NCBI RefSeq assembly: GCF_001481685.1
Contig: NZ_CP006867.1
Span: forward strand, 1,050,001-1,082,000
Length of the DNA stretch: 32,000 bases
Direction of reading: 5' to 3'
Origin: Ignicoccus islandicus DSM 13165
GTDB taxonomy: Archaea; Thermoproteota; Thermoprotei_A; Sulfolobales; Ignicoccaceae
Part shown: in pieces, positions 17,199 through 26,722 of the stretch
How the letters are laid out: each line of letters begins with the position of its first letter
How positions within the stretch are numbered: the stretch's first letter is position 1
Notes under the pieces: model-generated
The model's input: only the letters and a program-made list of their open reading frames with translations
The model's database searches: none
What the model was told of the DNA's origin: nothing
Made by a program: the position numbers and the translations under genes

Positions 17199-17624
17199 AT
17201 GGCAGAGGAAAAGGTCCAGACCCAAGAGGAAAAGGTCAAGGCGTTGCAAGACGAATTGAGGAGCTTACTATCTCAAGCTGAATACCTAAGGGACCAAGTG
17301 GATGCAGTTAACGCGATAATAGACGACCTCTACGCTAGCCTAGAGGTGCTCGATTACGTTTCGAAAGAAGGCAAGGGCAAAGTAGTGTTGGTCCCAATAG
17401 GCGCCGGAAACTTCATAAAGGCGAAGATAGAGGACACGAGCACGGTCATCACTTCGGTGGGCGGAAGACTCAACTTAGAGATACCCGTAGAGGAAGCCAA
17501 GAAGGCAATTCAGAACAGAATAAGCGCTTTGGAGCAAGTCAGATTAACCTTGCTCAGGAAGCTAGAAGAGATAAACAGGAAGGTCAATGAAATTTTGCCT
17601 AGAGTGAGAGAAGAGGCCCAGTAA
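17199..17624 (+). CDS. pfdA: Prefoldin alpha subunit
   Basis: Two coiled-coil arms flank [17 protein letters not shown]...[12 protein letters not shown], the two beta-hairpin region typical of PfdA. Confidence 0.85.
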   Translation: MAEEKVQTQEEKVKALQDELRSLLSQAEYLRDQVDAVNAIIDDLYASLEVLDYVSKEGKGKVVLVPIGAGNFIKAKIEDTSTVITSVGGRLNLEIPVEEAKKAIQNRISALEQVRLTLLRKLEEINRKVNEILPRVREEAQ

Positions 17625-17637
17625 AGGTGAAATTGCT

Positions 17638-17943
17638 TTGAGCGAATCCTTACTCTTTTTGCAATATAAGCTCAAAAGCGTGGAAGAAACTATCCTTAAG
17701 TTAAAGGCTGAGTTAGAGGAACTCAAGTCAGCTTCGAAGTTATTGGAAGAAACGAAACCCAAGTCAGCTTACAAGGTGTTTGCAAGTAAAGTAATGATAG
17801 AGTTGGACCCAGCTAAGCTCAAGGAGTTCATTGAGAGCGAAATTGAGAGTTTAGAAATGAAGATAAAGGCACTAGAGAAGGAGAGGGAAGAGCTATTAAA
17901 AGAAATTAAGTCGTTAAGGGAAGGGCTAGGCGTTGGGCCCTAG
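17638..17943 (+). CDS. Prefoldin beta-like coiled-coil protein
   Basis: At 101 aa it has the coiled coil - AYKVFASKVMIELD - coiled coil layout seen in PfdB. It starts at a TTG 14 nt after the pfdA stop. Confidence 0.55.
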   Translation: MSESLLFLQYKLKSVEETILKLKAELEELKSASKLLEETKPKSAYKVFASKVMIELDPAKLKEFIESEIESLEMKIKALEKEREELLKEIKSLREGLGVGP

Positions 17944-17948
17944 GCGAA

Positions 17949-18134
17949 CTAGGGCTCTATATAGATTATTACTTCTTCCCTAGTGACGGGATCCCTTCTC
18001 TTTACGTAACCACTAAGCGGACCGGTTCTCTTCCACTCAACTAGCTCAGTAAATCGCTTCAAGGGTTCGTACTGAGGGGGATCCCAAACTCTGGTTTCAT
18101 CAAAGACGTCTACTTTCCTAATAATATACGCCAA
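17949..18134 (-). CDS. Hypothetical small protein (61 aa)
   Basis: The ORF has non-repetitive composition and lies downstream of, and co-oriented with, the solute-binding protein gene. The start is TTG. No family is recognised. Confidence 0.3.
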   Translation of the reverse strand: MAYIIRKVDVFDETRVWDPPQYEPLKRFTELVEWKRTGPLSGYVKRRDPVTREEVIIYIEP

Positions 18135-18188
18135 GTAGGGGATCCCTCAGATTAACTTGGCTACTTCTTTACCAAAAAAGTTTTCGCT

Positions 18189-19496
18189 TTAGCGGGGACT
18201 TATTTTCTCGTATACTTTAATTCCAGTGTCGGGGTCCCAGAAGCCTATCTTCACGACGGTGGGCTTGTTGTTAATTACCTTTATAGTCCAGTAGTGATAG
18301 CTCGTCTTCATTGGTTCCTGCGTTAGTGGGTTGAACTTCTTCGGACCGGTGTAACCCTTGAAGTAGGCGCCAACGTCTAACAGAGCTTGCCTTATGGCAT
18401 CGGCATCGTACTTTCCGGCCTTTAGGACGCTTAAGGCAGATAACCATAGGGCGTCATAGATGTAGTCTGCGTAAAGCATTGGCGGGATGCCGAACCTGTT
18501 CTCGTATAGCTTCGCGAACTCCTCGCTTCCACCCGGACCGGTACCGACGCCTTGCTTGAGGGCCACTATCTTCGCTAGGTACGGATCGTTCAGTATTACT
18601 CCTCTACGAGTCTCGCTAAAGAGCCATGGGTACTTCTGTAAACCTAGAGTTACGGCTTGCCTTAGTATTACCTTTAGCTCGTCGAACGAGATGAATAGTA
18701 TTGCGTCGGGCTTGCTGCTAGCAGCCACTCTCAGTTCTGCATCGAACGTTCTTGCATTAGGATCGTAAGGAACTAGGACGACCGTTCCACCGTACTTGCT
18801 GAAGTAATACTTGAAGGCAGTCGCTAGACCTACGCCGTAGTCGTCTTGCCTGTACATGATGGTTACTTTCTTGTATCCTAACATGTGAGCTAGGTCTGCT
18901 AGCGCGTTTCCTTGCAGGAAGTCGTTAGTTATAGCCCAGAAGATGTACGACTTACCAGTCTTGGATATGTACCTCTTGTAGTTCTCTATTCTTAGGTTAG
19001 GTGCAGTGCTGGTTCCGGACATTACCACTACGTGAAGCTCCTCGTTAACTGGATACATTAGGGAGCCCATTGGTCTGCTAGTTATCCTACCGGCGATTAT
19101 CTTCACTCCTTGTAGCGCTAGCTTCCTGACCACTTCAACTGCAGTCTGAGGGTCGGTCTTAGTGTCCTCCGGGATGAACTTGAACCTCCAAGGTAGGCCT
19201 AGTTTCTCCATACATGCGTTTATTTGCTCCGACGCTAGCTTTATCGCGTTGTAGTTGGAAACGGCGAAGGAACCTAGCGCTCCGCTCAAGGGGGCGGGAG
19301 CGCCTATTGGGATCTCTTTCGGCAAGTCAATGCTGTTAACTCCTCCGGCCCACTCAATTACCTTCATAATGCTATCGCAGTTGGGGCCGAGTTGCACCGG
19401 TTGGGTCAATAGCTTTAGGTCCTCTTGGGACATTCCGGCCGCTAATAACAGGCTGGTTAGGAGTAGCGATACTAGTGCCACCTTTTCCCTCGACAT
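18189..19496 (-). CDS. ABC-transporter substrate-binding protein, LivJ / branched-chain amino acid type
   Basis: The segment PIGAPAPLSGALGSFAVSNYNAIKLASEQINA matches the Peripla_BP_6-type N-terminal signature. The internal ATG at 19496 gives a signal-peptide-like N-terminus (MSREKVALVSLLLTSLLLAAG) and has an AT-rich TATA-like element about 35-45 nt upstream. The maximal ORF extends to 19580. Confidence 0.8.
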   Translation of the reverse strand: MSREKVALVSLLLTSLLLAAGMSQEDLKLLTQPVQLGPNCDSIMKVIEWAGGVNSIDLPKEIPIGAPAPLSGALGSFAVSNYNAIKLASEQINACMEKLGLPWRFKFIPEDTKTDPQTAVEVVRKLALQGVKIIAGRITSRPMGSLMYPVNEELHVVVMSGTSTAPNLRIENYKRYISKTGKSYIFWAITNDFLQGNALADLAHMLGYKKVTIMYRQDDYGVGLATAFKYYFSKYGGTVVLVPYDPNARTFDAELRVAASSKPDAILFISFDELKVILRQAVTLGLQKYPWLFSETRRGVILNDPYLAKIVALKQGVGTGPGGSEEFAKLYENRFGIPPMLYADYIYDALWLSALSVLKAGKYDADAIRQALLDVGAYFKGYTGPKKFNPLTQEPMKTSYHYWTIKVINNKPTVVKIGFWDPDTGIKVYEKISPR

Positions 19497-19626
19497 CGGA
19501 ACTCGCCTCGAAGGGGTATTTACCTTGAATGGATATATATACTTTTTCCGGTTCAATATTAATATGTTCGTATTGCACATATTCTTTATTAGTCGTATAC
19601 TATTTTAGAGACAATTTACGGTAAAC

Positions 19627-19634
19627 TTTATAAA
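19627..19634 (+). promoter_or_regulatory. TATA box for tRNA-Phe
   Basis: TTTATAAA ends 26 nt upstream of the first tRNA nucleotide, which is the canonical archaeal TATA-to-TSS spacing. Confidence 0.5.
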
Positions 19635-19659
19635 CTCTAGATCAGACTCAACGATTGAG

Positions 19660-19731
19660 GCCGCCGTAGCTCAGCGGGAGAGCGCCCGGCTGAAGACCGG
19701 GTCGTCCGGGGTTCGAATCCCCGCGGCGGCA
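19660..19731 (+). tRNA. tRNA-Phe (anticodon GAA)
   Basis: The cloverleaf was folded by hand. The acceptor stem is GCCGCCG/CGGCGGC plus discriminator A, and the D arm is GCTC-AGCGGGA-GAGC. The anticodon arm is CCCGG-CTGAAGA-CCGGG and the T arm is CGGGG-TTCGAAT-CCCCG. There is no intron and CCA is not encoded. Confidence 0.95.
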
Positions 19732-19775
19732 CCTCTCCCGTTTCTGCTTGGTTCCTCGCCTTTCGGTGAAGGAAC

Positions 19776-20852
19776 TTGAAATTAGCAATCGTGGGCGCTG
19801 GATTCGCAGGCCTCTTAACAGCAAAGAGGCTATCGGAAAGGGGCTTCAAGGTAGATCTGTTCGAGGAGCACGATGAAGTAGGAGTTCCGGAACATTGCAC
19901 CGGCATAGTTTCGAGGAGGGCAGTAGAACTAATAGGAAGCGAAGCCAAGGAGAACGTCGAAGGGTATGTAAGCGAATATTTTCTTTCCAATTCCGATTTC
20001 CATGGCATTTGGCTCAAGGGACCGAAGGACTTCACTGTAAAGCTTAGGAGAAGGGACCTCGAGAGGGACTTGCTGGAAAGCTCGTTGGCAAACGGAGTTT
20101 CGTTTATAAAGAAGACGGTGTTTAGAGTCGATCCCAAAGGAAAGGTTGATGAAAGAGTTTACGAGAGGGTCTTCGTTGCGGAAGGTTGGAGAGCGGAGCT
20201 CTCTAAGGGGCTCGGAATAGCCCATAGGTCGAGAACTGTTTACGGACTGAACTTGGAAGTAAAGGGGAGAACGGCGTATCCAGGGACTTCATTCATAATT
20301 TTCGATAGGACTCTCGCTCCAGGTTTCTTCGCGTGGATCGTTATGCTAGAAGGGAAAGCGGTGGTTGGAACGGCTTCAGAACCCAAGAAGGCCAATGTAA
20401 TGGAGTTAGCTAGAAAGGTACTGGAAATAGCGCGCGAAAGGGGGCTGGTTGAAGGCGAGGTCGTTAAGACGTACGGTGGAGTGATACTAACTGGTCCGCC
20501 ATCGCTCGCCCCTTGCAACTCCAAGGTATGCGCCATAGGGGACGCCGCTGGTTTGAACAAACCCTTAACGGGCGGAGGCTTGTATCCAACGTCAGTCGTA
20601 GCTAGAGAGCTGCCCCTTAGAATAGAGAACCCGATAAGAGCTTACTTCCCGTTAGTACCTAGGCTTTACGCTGAAACCCCTATTGCTAGGTTCCTCCATA
20701 AGGCTCCCCAAAGGTTCTACGCGAATTTCTTTTCGAAAGTTGATGGCGAGGAAGTGAGCGTATCTGAATACGACAATCACCTAAAGACGTTATTAGAAAT
20801 GAAGTCCAAATCTTTAGTTTTCCTCCTCAAGGCCGTCTCAGCGTTAATTTAG
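19776..20852 (+). CDS. FAD-dependent oxidoreductase, geranylgeranyl reductase family
   Basis: The N-terminus KLAIVGAGFAGLLTAKRLSERGFKVDLFEE is a GxGxxG dinucleotide-binding fold. HCTGIVS and a later GDAAG motif are as in archaeal GGR-like enzymes. A TTG start is required to keep the beta1 strand. Confidence 0.7.
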   Translation: MKLAIVGAGFAGLLTAKRLSERGFKVDLFEEHDEVGVPEHCTGIVSRRAVELIGSEAKENVEGYVSEYFLSNSDFHGIWLKGPKDFTVKLRRRDLERDLLESSLANGVSFIKKTVFRVDPKGKVDERVYERVFVAEGWRAELSKGLGIAHRSRTVYGLNLEVKGRTAYPGTSFIIFDRTLAPGFFAWIVMLEGKAVVGTASEPKKANVMELARKVLEIARERGLVEGEVVKTYGGVILTGPPSLAPCNSKVCAIGDAAGLNKPLTGGGLYPTSVVARELPLRIENPIRAYFPLVPRLYAETPIARFLHKAPQRFYANFFSKVDGEEVSVSEYDNHLKTLLEMKSKSLVFLLKAVSALI

Positions 20853-21601
20853 AACGCTCTGCCCATTATTATGCTATACCTAGCTAACCTCCTATGTATC
20901 TCCACTTCCTTCGGGTCAACTAGGAAGTAGGCCAAGCTAATTCCAGCCACGAATCCACCTACGTGCGCCCACCACGCTACTCCGCTAGGGACACCGAAGA
21001 GACTCCACGTTCCTTCTATTAATTGATATAGGAACCAGAACCCTAAGAAGTACTCCGCTGGCACTAGGAAGAGGAACGGAAACGGGACGAATGCTATTAC
21101 CTTCACCAATGCCCTTGGATAAAATAGGAAGTACGCTGCTAGAACGCCGCTTATCGCTCCAGAGGCGCCTACGGCCGGGGTTAGCCATGGGTTCTGGCTC
21201 AAGTATGGATTAAGCGTACTATTAGGAAACAGCGCTATTGAGGCCAAGTGGAAGGCTACCGCCACGAGGCCGGAAACTATGTACAGTAGGAAGTACTTCC
21301 ACCTTCCTAGTATCGATTCGACGTTATCTCCGAAGATCGCTAAGAACAGCATGTTTCCGACGATGTGATCTATGCTAGCGTGGAGCCACATATGAGTAAA
21401 CAATGTATATAAATGACTTCCCTTAACTACGAAGTAAGGTACCATACCGTAACTCTTAATGAGCCTGTTCAACCCTAGCGCGTCGTTCGCCAATATCAAA
21501 GGCAGTTCTAATACAGCGAAAACCAGTACGTTTAGCGCTATTATAATGGTGTTTACCAACGGCTTCTTTCTTATTGGATTGATATCGCCAACTGGAATCA
21601 A
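20849..21601 (-). CDS. Rhomboid-family intramembrane serine protease
   Basis: Motifs seen are HMWLHASIDHIVGNMLFL, the catalytic GASGAISGV (GxSG) and HVGGFVAG, with six or more TM segments. Confidence 0.9.
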   Translation of the reverse strand: MIPVGDINPIRKKPLVNTIIIALNVLVFAVLELPLILANDALGLNRLIKSYGMVPYFVVKGSHLYTLFTHMWLHASIDHIVGNMLFLAIFGDNVESILGRWKYFLLYIVSGLVAVAFHLASIALFPNSTLNPYLSQNPWLTPAVGASGAISGVLAAYFLFYPRALVKVIAFVPFPFLFLVPAEYFLGFWFLYQLIEGTWSLFGVPSGVAWWAHVGGFVAGISLAYFLVDPKEVEIHRRLARYSIIMGRAF

Positions 21602-21673
21602 TACTTAGCGCCCGTCCACCTTACGCTACTCTAATAATTACCTTTAATCCCACTTCCCATGGAGTGATTTCGC

Positions 21674-23041
21674 TTGAAGACCAAATATAGGGAATTTAAA
21701 ATATCAGAAATAACCCCCGAGATGGAAGGGAAGGAAGTAAAGATAGCTGGATGGGTACACTCCGTTAGGAGAGTAGGGAAGATCGCCTTCTTAGTCTTGA
21801 GGGACTACACTGGCTTAATTCAAGTGACTTTCCGAGTTCCGAAGGACGCAAGCGACGAAGAGAAGGAGAGGATGAAGGAACTAGTGAAGAAGGTAACTCA
21901 GATCCCGCTAGAAAGCGTCGTTGCAGTCAAGGGCGTTGTTAGGAGGGATCCAAGGGCGCCTAGAGGAGTTGAGATAGCCGGTAAGGAAATAGAGATATTG
22001 AACGAAGCTAAGAGCCCCTTGCCGCTCGATGTCAGCGGTAAAGTAGATGCCCACATAGATACGAGGCTCTCCAATAGACCCATAGACCTAAGGAGACCGG
22101 AGAGTCAAGCAGTATTAAGATTGGTGTCCATTGCAACGAAAGCTATAAGGAGCTACCTCTATACCTTAGACTTCACCGAAGTATTCACGCCGAAGATAAT
22201 TGCCTCAGGCACTGAAGGAGGAGCTCAAATGGTTCCCGTCTTCTATTTCGGAAAGAACGCCTTCTTGGCTCAAAGTCCCCAGTTGTACAAGGAGCTTCTC
22301 ACTTCGAGCTTAGAGTACGTCTTCGAAATTGCTCCGGCTTGGAGGCACGAGGAAAGCGATACTCCTTACCACTTAGCGGAGTTCATTTCAGTTGACATTG
22401 AAATGGCCTTCGCCGATTACGAAGACGTAATGAAGGTTCTTGAGAACGTAGTGAAAAACGTTAGAGATGCGTTCGTGCGCGAGGGTTCGAAGTGGTTGGA
22501 GGTATTGAACTACCAACCCCCTGAGGTAAACTTGCCTATACCTAGAATTTCCTATAAGGAAGCATGGGAAATATTGAAGGCAGAGGGAATTGAGATTGAA
22601 CCGGGAGAGGACTTCGGTACGCCCGAACTAAGGAAGCTAAGCGAGGTCTTGGAAAAGGAAGGTAAGACTTCCGGTGGATTCTACTTTATAGTAGAGTGGC
22701 CTGCGGACGCGAGACCATTCTATACAAAGAGGGGACGCAAGGAAGAGATAGGAGGAAAGGAGATCTACTTGAGCGAGAGCTTCGACTTGAACTGGAAGCA
22801 CTTGGAAATCTCCAGTGGGAGCACGAGAATTCACAAGAGGGCTGAACTAGAAGAAGAGATGAAAGCTAGGGGACTCAATCCTCAGAGCTTCGAGTGGTAT
22901 CTCAAGTGGTTCGATTACGGCATGCCTCCTCACGCCGGCTGGGGCATGGGGCTTCAGAGGCTAATGGTGCCGTTAACTGGAATACCTAACGTGAGACTGG
23001 CAGCGAGCTTCCCAAGGGACATGAAGCGGTTGGTACCCTAA
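21674..23041 (+). CDS. aspS: Aspartyl-tRNA synthetase (archaeal type, class IIb)
   Basis: It has an N-terminal OB fold (AGWVHSVRRVGKIAFLVLRD..GLIQV). Class II motifs 2 and 3 are present (GSTRIH..., GMPPHAGWGMGLQRL, FPRDMKRLVP). The start is TTG. Confidence 0.85.
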   Translation: MKTKYREFKISEITPEMEGKEVKIAGWVHSVRRVGKIAFLVLRDYTGLIQVTFRVPKDASDEEKERMKELVKKVTQIPLESVVAVKGVVRRDPRAPRGVEIAGKEIEILNEAKSPLPLDVSGKVDAHIDTRLSNRPIDLRRPESQAVLRLVSIATKAIRSYLYTLDFTEVFTPKIIASGTEGGAQMVPVFYFGKNAFLAQSPQLYKELLTSSLEYVFEIAPAWRHEESDTPYHLAEFISVDIEMAFADYEDVMKVLENVVKNVRDAFVREGSKWLEVLNYQPPEVNLPIPRISYKEAWEILKAEGIEIEPGEDFGTPELRKLSEVLEKEGKTSGGFYFIVEWPADARPFYTKRGRKEEIGGKEIYLSESFDLNWKHLEISSGSTRIHKRAELEEEMKARGLNPQSFEWYLKWFDYGMPPHAGWGMGLQRLMVPLTGIPNVRLAASFPRDMKRLVP

Positions 23042-23183
23042 TGCGTTCAGTATTCGCTCCCCGGTTCCTAAAAAACTCCAAACATTGTCTTATTTTTACG
23101 CGAAAAATTGAACATTTGTAAACAAATTTCGAGATACTTTTATCATATTGTTCGAATTTTACAGTAGAAATTGGTGAAAATGT

Positions 23184-24407
23184 TTGGATGGTATAAATGC
23201 CGGAAATACCGCTTGGTTACTGAGCGCGTCTTCCATGGTACTCTTCATGAGCGTACCCGGCTTAGCGTTGTTCTATGGAGGTCTAGTAAGAAGTAGGAAC
23301 GTCCTATCTACCATGCTTCACGTGTTCTCGGCGTTCTCTATAGGCTTAATTACATGGATCTTGTTCGGTTTCAGTATTGCATTTGGGAGCGATTTAGCTG
23401 GATTTATAGGCAATCCTGTGCAGTACTTCGCGCTCTTACCGCAACTTATCCAAAAAACGTGGCCCGGAACGGACGTCCCGTTCCTACTATTCGCAGGATT
23501 TCAAGGAATGTTCGCGGCTATAGCAATAGCGATCATCGCTTCAGCCATTGCTGAGAGAGGTAAACTGGAGGCGTGGCTCGCCTTCAGTTTCCTTTGGGTC
23601 TTACTAGTTTACAGCGTAATAGCCCACTGGGTATGGGGAGGCGGCTGGCTCTCATCAATGGACTCCTTGGACTTCGCGGGAGGACTAGTAGTTCACATAA
23701 GCTCCGGATTCTCTGCTCTCGTGTTGAGCTTCGTAATTGGTAAAAGGAAATTCGTTAAGAAGGTCGAGTTAATACCTCACAACATCCCTCTGGTACTAAT
23801 AGGTACGGGAATACTGTGGTTCGGATGGCTAGGCTTCAACGCCGGTAGCGCCTTAGCTGCCAACTTAGACGCCGCTAACGCGTGGCTGGTTACTGCAGTC
23901 GCTGCAGCTGCTGGAGGATTAGCTTGGACATACCTAGATAGGATGGAGAACGGTATAGTGAGCACCGTGGGCTTCGCTTCCGGAGTAGTGGCCGGATTGG
24001 TCGCCATAACGCCAGCAGCCGGTTACGTGGACGTATTGGGAGCTATTGCAATTGGCGCTTTAGCTTCAGTAGTTAGTTACAACATGGTTAAGTTCAGAAT
24101 AGCTAAAGGATGGGACGAAACGTTAGACGCGTGGGCAGTTCACGGCATGAGCGGTGTGTGGGGAGCTGTAGCTACTGGTCTCTTCGCCAATCCATTAGTA
24201 GCTGGGAAATCAGGGCTCTTCTTCGGAAACCCGTTTCAATTGGTTATACAAGTAATAGGTGTAATTGCGAGCGTAGTTTACTCGATAGCAGTGACTTACG
24301 TCATTGCAATCTTAATAGAGAAGACTATAGGCTGGAGGGTTCCGGAGGAGGCAGAGAAGCTAGGTTTGGATCTAACCGAATTGAATGAAGAGGCATATAA
24401 TATATAA
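23184..24407 (+). CDS. amt: Ammonium transporter
   Basis: Motifs seen are NTAWLLSASSMVLFMSVPGLALFYGGLVRSRN, DFAGGLVVH and AVHGMSGVWG (the twin-His Amt signature). The start is TTG. Confidence 0.95.
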   Translation: MDGINAGNTAWLLSASSMVLFMSVPGLALFYGGLVRSRNVLSTMLHVFSAFSIGLITWILFGFSIAFGSDLAGFIGNPVQYFALLPQLIQKTWPGTDVPFLLFAGFQGMFAAIAIAIIASAIAERGKLEAWLAFSFLWVLLVYSVIAHWVWGGGWLSSMDSLDFAGGLVVHISSGFSALVLSFVIGKRKFVKKVELIPHNIPLVLIGTGILWFGWLGFNAGSALAANLDAANAWLVTAVAAAAGGLAWTYLDRMENGIVSTVGFASGVVAGLVAITPAAGYVDVLGAIAIGALASVVSYNMVKFRIAKGWDETLDAWAVHGMSGVWGAVATGLFANPLVAGKSGLFFGNPFQLVIQVIGVIASVVYSIAVTYVIAILIEKTIGWRVPEEAEKLGLDLTELNEEAYNI

Positions 24408-24422
24408 GGAGGTGATGGGGAG

Positions 24423-24761
24423 ATGACTAAGTTAGTTATAGCCTTCATAAGACCCGAAAAGCTCGATGACGTAAAGGAGGAATTAGAGAAGGTCGGGATA
24501 TACCCAATGACTATCATTGAAGTAAAGGGTAGAGGTAGTCAAAAGGGAGTTACGCTAAGCTACAGGGGCGTACCGGTAACAATAGAATTCATTCCGAAGC
24601 TGCAATTAGAGCTCATATTGGAGGACGATGAAGTTGAGAAGGCGATAAAGGCCATTACTAAAGGGGCTTACACCGGGAGCCCCGGCGATGGGAGGATAGT
24701 TGTGTTGCCCGTGGAAGCGAACGTGAGAATAAGGGAGTACTACGAAAAGATTAAGGACTAA
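24423..24761 (+). CDS. glnK: PII nitrogen regulatory protein
   Basis: The 112-aa protein has KLVIAFIRPEKLDDVKEEL, a T-loop GRGSQKG..SYRG, and GDGRIVVLPVE. It lies immediately downstream of amt. Confidence 0.9.
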   Translation: MTKLVIAFIRPEKLDDVKEELEKVGIYPMTIIEVKGRGSQKGVTLSYRGVPVTIEFIPKLQLELILEDDEVEKAIKAITKGAYTGSPGDGRIVVLPVEANVRIREYYEKIKD

Positions 24762-25315
24762 ATCCATACCTTAACGTCAACGGCCCAGCAATTTTCCTCA
24801 GATACAATAAGAGGGTTTACCTCGAAAGTTTTCGCGTCAGTTAAGCATAACTTCTTAATAACGTCGACTACGCATTCCTCGTTTAACTTCTTCCTGTACC
24901 TCATTACTTGCCCTATCTTAGAGTTTGCAAGCTTCAACCGGACCAGTTCCTCGCATACAGGGCACTTAGTTACTATTGCCTCTCTGATAAGGCTAGCGTA
25001 TATCCCACCCATTGCAATTACTGCGACCCTTCCGAACACCTCGTCTAGTTTGCTTGAGACCAACAGCTCCAAGTCGCCTTTAACGGCTCTTTGAACTATA
25101 ACCTCGCCGTACCTTTCCTTCAGGAGGTCGAAGGCCCTCTTGAGCTCTTCCTCGCTTTCCGCGAACGTAACCGCCTTCGCCTCCGTCTTGTGAGGTAGAG
25201 GTACGTCGGCCTTGACGTAAGCTGGAGCCCCAATGGAGGGGTCTTTGCTCCATTCGGGGACCGGTATACCTAGCTCTTCCGCGATCTTCAATGATTCCGA
25301 GGGTCTCAATAGCAC
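24758..25315 (-). CDS. ADP-forming acetyl-CoA synthetase, beta (ATP-grasp) subunit, compact form
   Basis: An ATP-grasp-like sequence follows, and overlaps by 10 nt, the alpha-subunit gene. At 185 aa it is shorter than the ~230 aa I recall for AcdB. The start is GTG. Confidence 0.65.
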   Translation of the reverse strand: MLLRPSESLKIAEELGIPVPEWSKDPSIGAPAYVKADVPLPHKTEAKAVTFAESEEELKRAFDLLKERYGEVIVQRAVKGDLELLVSSKLDEVFGRVAVIAMGGIYASLIREAIVTKCPVCEELVRLKLANSKIGQVMRYRKKLNEECVVDVIKKLCLTDAKTFEVNPLIVSEENCWAVDVKVWI

Positions 25316-26670
25316 TTAGTCCTCACCTCCAATAGTTTCCTCGAGGTCATTTCCTTTAGTAGTAACCTAGAGAAAGCTACGGCTTCGTCGACGCTCTTAG
25401 AGAAGGGTATCCCTAATTCCCTGGCCCTCTTTTCCAAGGCATTACTCATTACACCACCGAACGAAAGCAGCAAGTGAGGTTTGCCAGTAGCTTCCATGCT
25501 CTCTTTAACTATATCGGCTAAATAGAGAGTAGTTGCTGGCGATTCCATTAGCGCTACCACTATTACTAAGTCGTACTTAGGTGCCAAGTACTCCAGTACC
25601 AACCTATACCTCTCGTCATCGGCGTCTCCCCCAACGTCCATAGGGTTGTTCAGCTTAACGTAATCCGGAAGTTTGCTTTCTAGTTCCACGCTAACGGGCC
25701 TCGGGAGATCCAAAGGAAGCGCGTCGGCTAACATAACCCCTACGCCGCCGGCATCGGTGACCACCAATGCTCTCGTTCCTCTAAGCGGGGGCGAGTATTG
25801 GAACGCGGAGAGGAACGAAACTACCTCAGTGAAGTCCTCTAAAGCTATTGCGCCGTACTCCGAAACTAGGTCTCTGTACACTTTGTAATCGCCCGCAACG
25901 GAAGCAGTGTGGGAGGAGACCGCCCTCTCAGAGGCCTTCGTTCTACCGCCCTTGTAAATCCCTATCCTCTTCCCAATGGAGCTAAGCTCAGCCAAGGTCG
26001 CTAGGAACTCCTCTCCTTCGCCAGCTCTTAGACCTTCGACATAGAGTAAGAACTTATTGAATTCCTTAGAGGCCAAATATTCCATTACCTCAACCTCGTT
26101 AACGTCGGCCTTATTGCCTAAGCTAACCGCCGCACCGATTCCTATGCCCTCTACCGATGCCCAATCCAGTATGGAAGCTGCCAGAGCCCCGCTCTGGCTT
26201 ATTATCGCTGTATCGGAGAGCGGAGGCCTTGGAGTGCCGGGTTCCCTAAAGAAGAACGTATCTACGCCGGTCCTTCCGTAGTACACCCCTAAGCAGTTGG
26301 GGCCAATTACCCTTATTCCGTTAGCCCTGAGTTTAGAGGTTACTCTTTTCTCGAGCTCTTTGTTACCTACCTCAGAGAACCCTGCGGTGATAATAATTAC
26401 TGCCTTTACGCCTTTGGCTATTGCGTCATCAACTACTTTCTCAACTGCGTGGGTTGGAACGACGACTACAGCTAAGTCCACGTTGTCCGGTATTTCTCTA
26501 AGAGATTTATAGCAAGGCACTCCCAGTACTTTCTCATATTTAGGGTTTACTGCGTAGAGCCTTCCCTTGAATGAACGCTTTAAGTTGGTAAGTATGACGT
26601 ATCCAGGTTTCGGGACTTTAGGTGTAGCGCCCACCACGGCAATTGAGGAGGGTTCGAAGAACTCCTTCAA
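25306..26670 (-). CDS. ADP-forming acetyl-CoA synthetase, alpha subunit (CoA-binding / succinyl-CoA-synthetase-like)
   Basis: The N-terminus FFEPSSIAVVGATPK...NPKYEKVLGVPCY is a CoA-binding Rossmann domain. ITAGFSEVG and the phospho-His-loop-like SHTAS(V)AG are also present. The start is TTG. Confidence 0.8.
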   Translation of the reverse strand: MKEFFEPSSIAVVGATPKVPKPGYVILTNLKRSFKGRLYAVNPKYEKVLGVPCYKSLREIPDNVDLAVVVVPTHAVEKVVDDAIAKGVKAVIIITAGFSEVGNKELEKRVTSKLRANGIRVIGPNCLGVYYGRTGVDTFFFREPGTPRPPLSDTAIISQSGALAASILDWASVEGIGIGAAVSLGNKADVNEVEVMEYLASKEFNKFLLYVEGLRAGEGEEFLATLAELSSIGKRIGIYKGGRTKASERAVSSHTASVAGDYKVYRDLVSEYGAIALEDFTEVVSFLSAFQYSPPLRGTRALVVTDAGGVGVMLADALPLDLPRPVSVELESKLPDYVKLNNPMDVGGDADDERYRLVLEYLAPKYDLVIVVALMESPATTLYLADIVKESMEATGKPHLLLSFGGVMSNALEKRARELGIPFSKSVDEAVAFSRLLLKEMTSRKLLEVRTKCY

Positions 26671-26722
26671 TTTCGATCCAAGTAACTCTAACCTCCTTTA
26701 AGTAAAATTCTTCCTTGGAAAC

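Noticed and set aside
19660-19731. tRNA-Phe as an integration site for a mobile element
   Set aside because: I saw no integrase, no partial duplicate of the tRNA 3' half elsewhere in the window by eye, and ordinary housekeeping genes on both sides. A proper repeat search would be needed to exclude it fully.
19637-20137. Minus-strand 166-aa ORF
   Set aside because: It runs antisense through tRNA-Phe and through the 5' part of the GGR-like gene, so it is an artefact.
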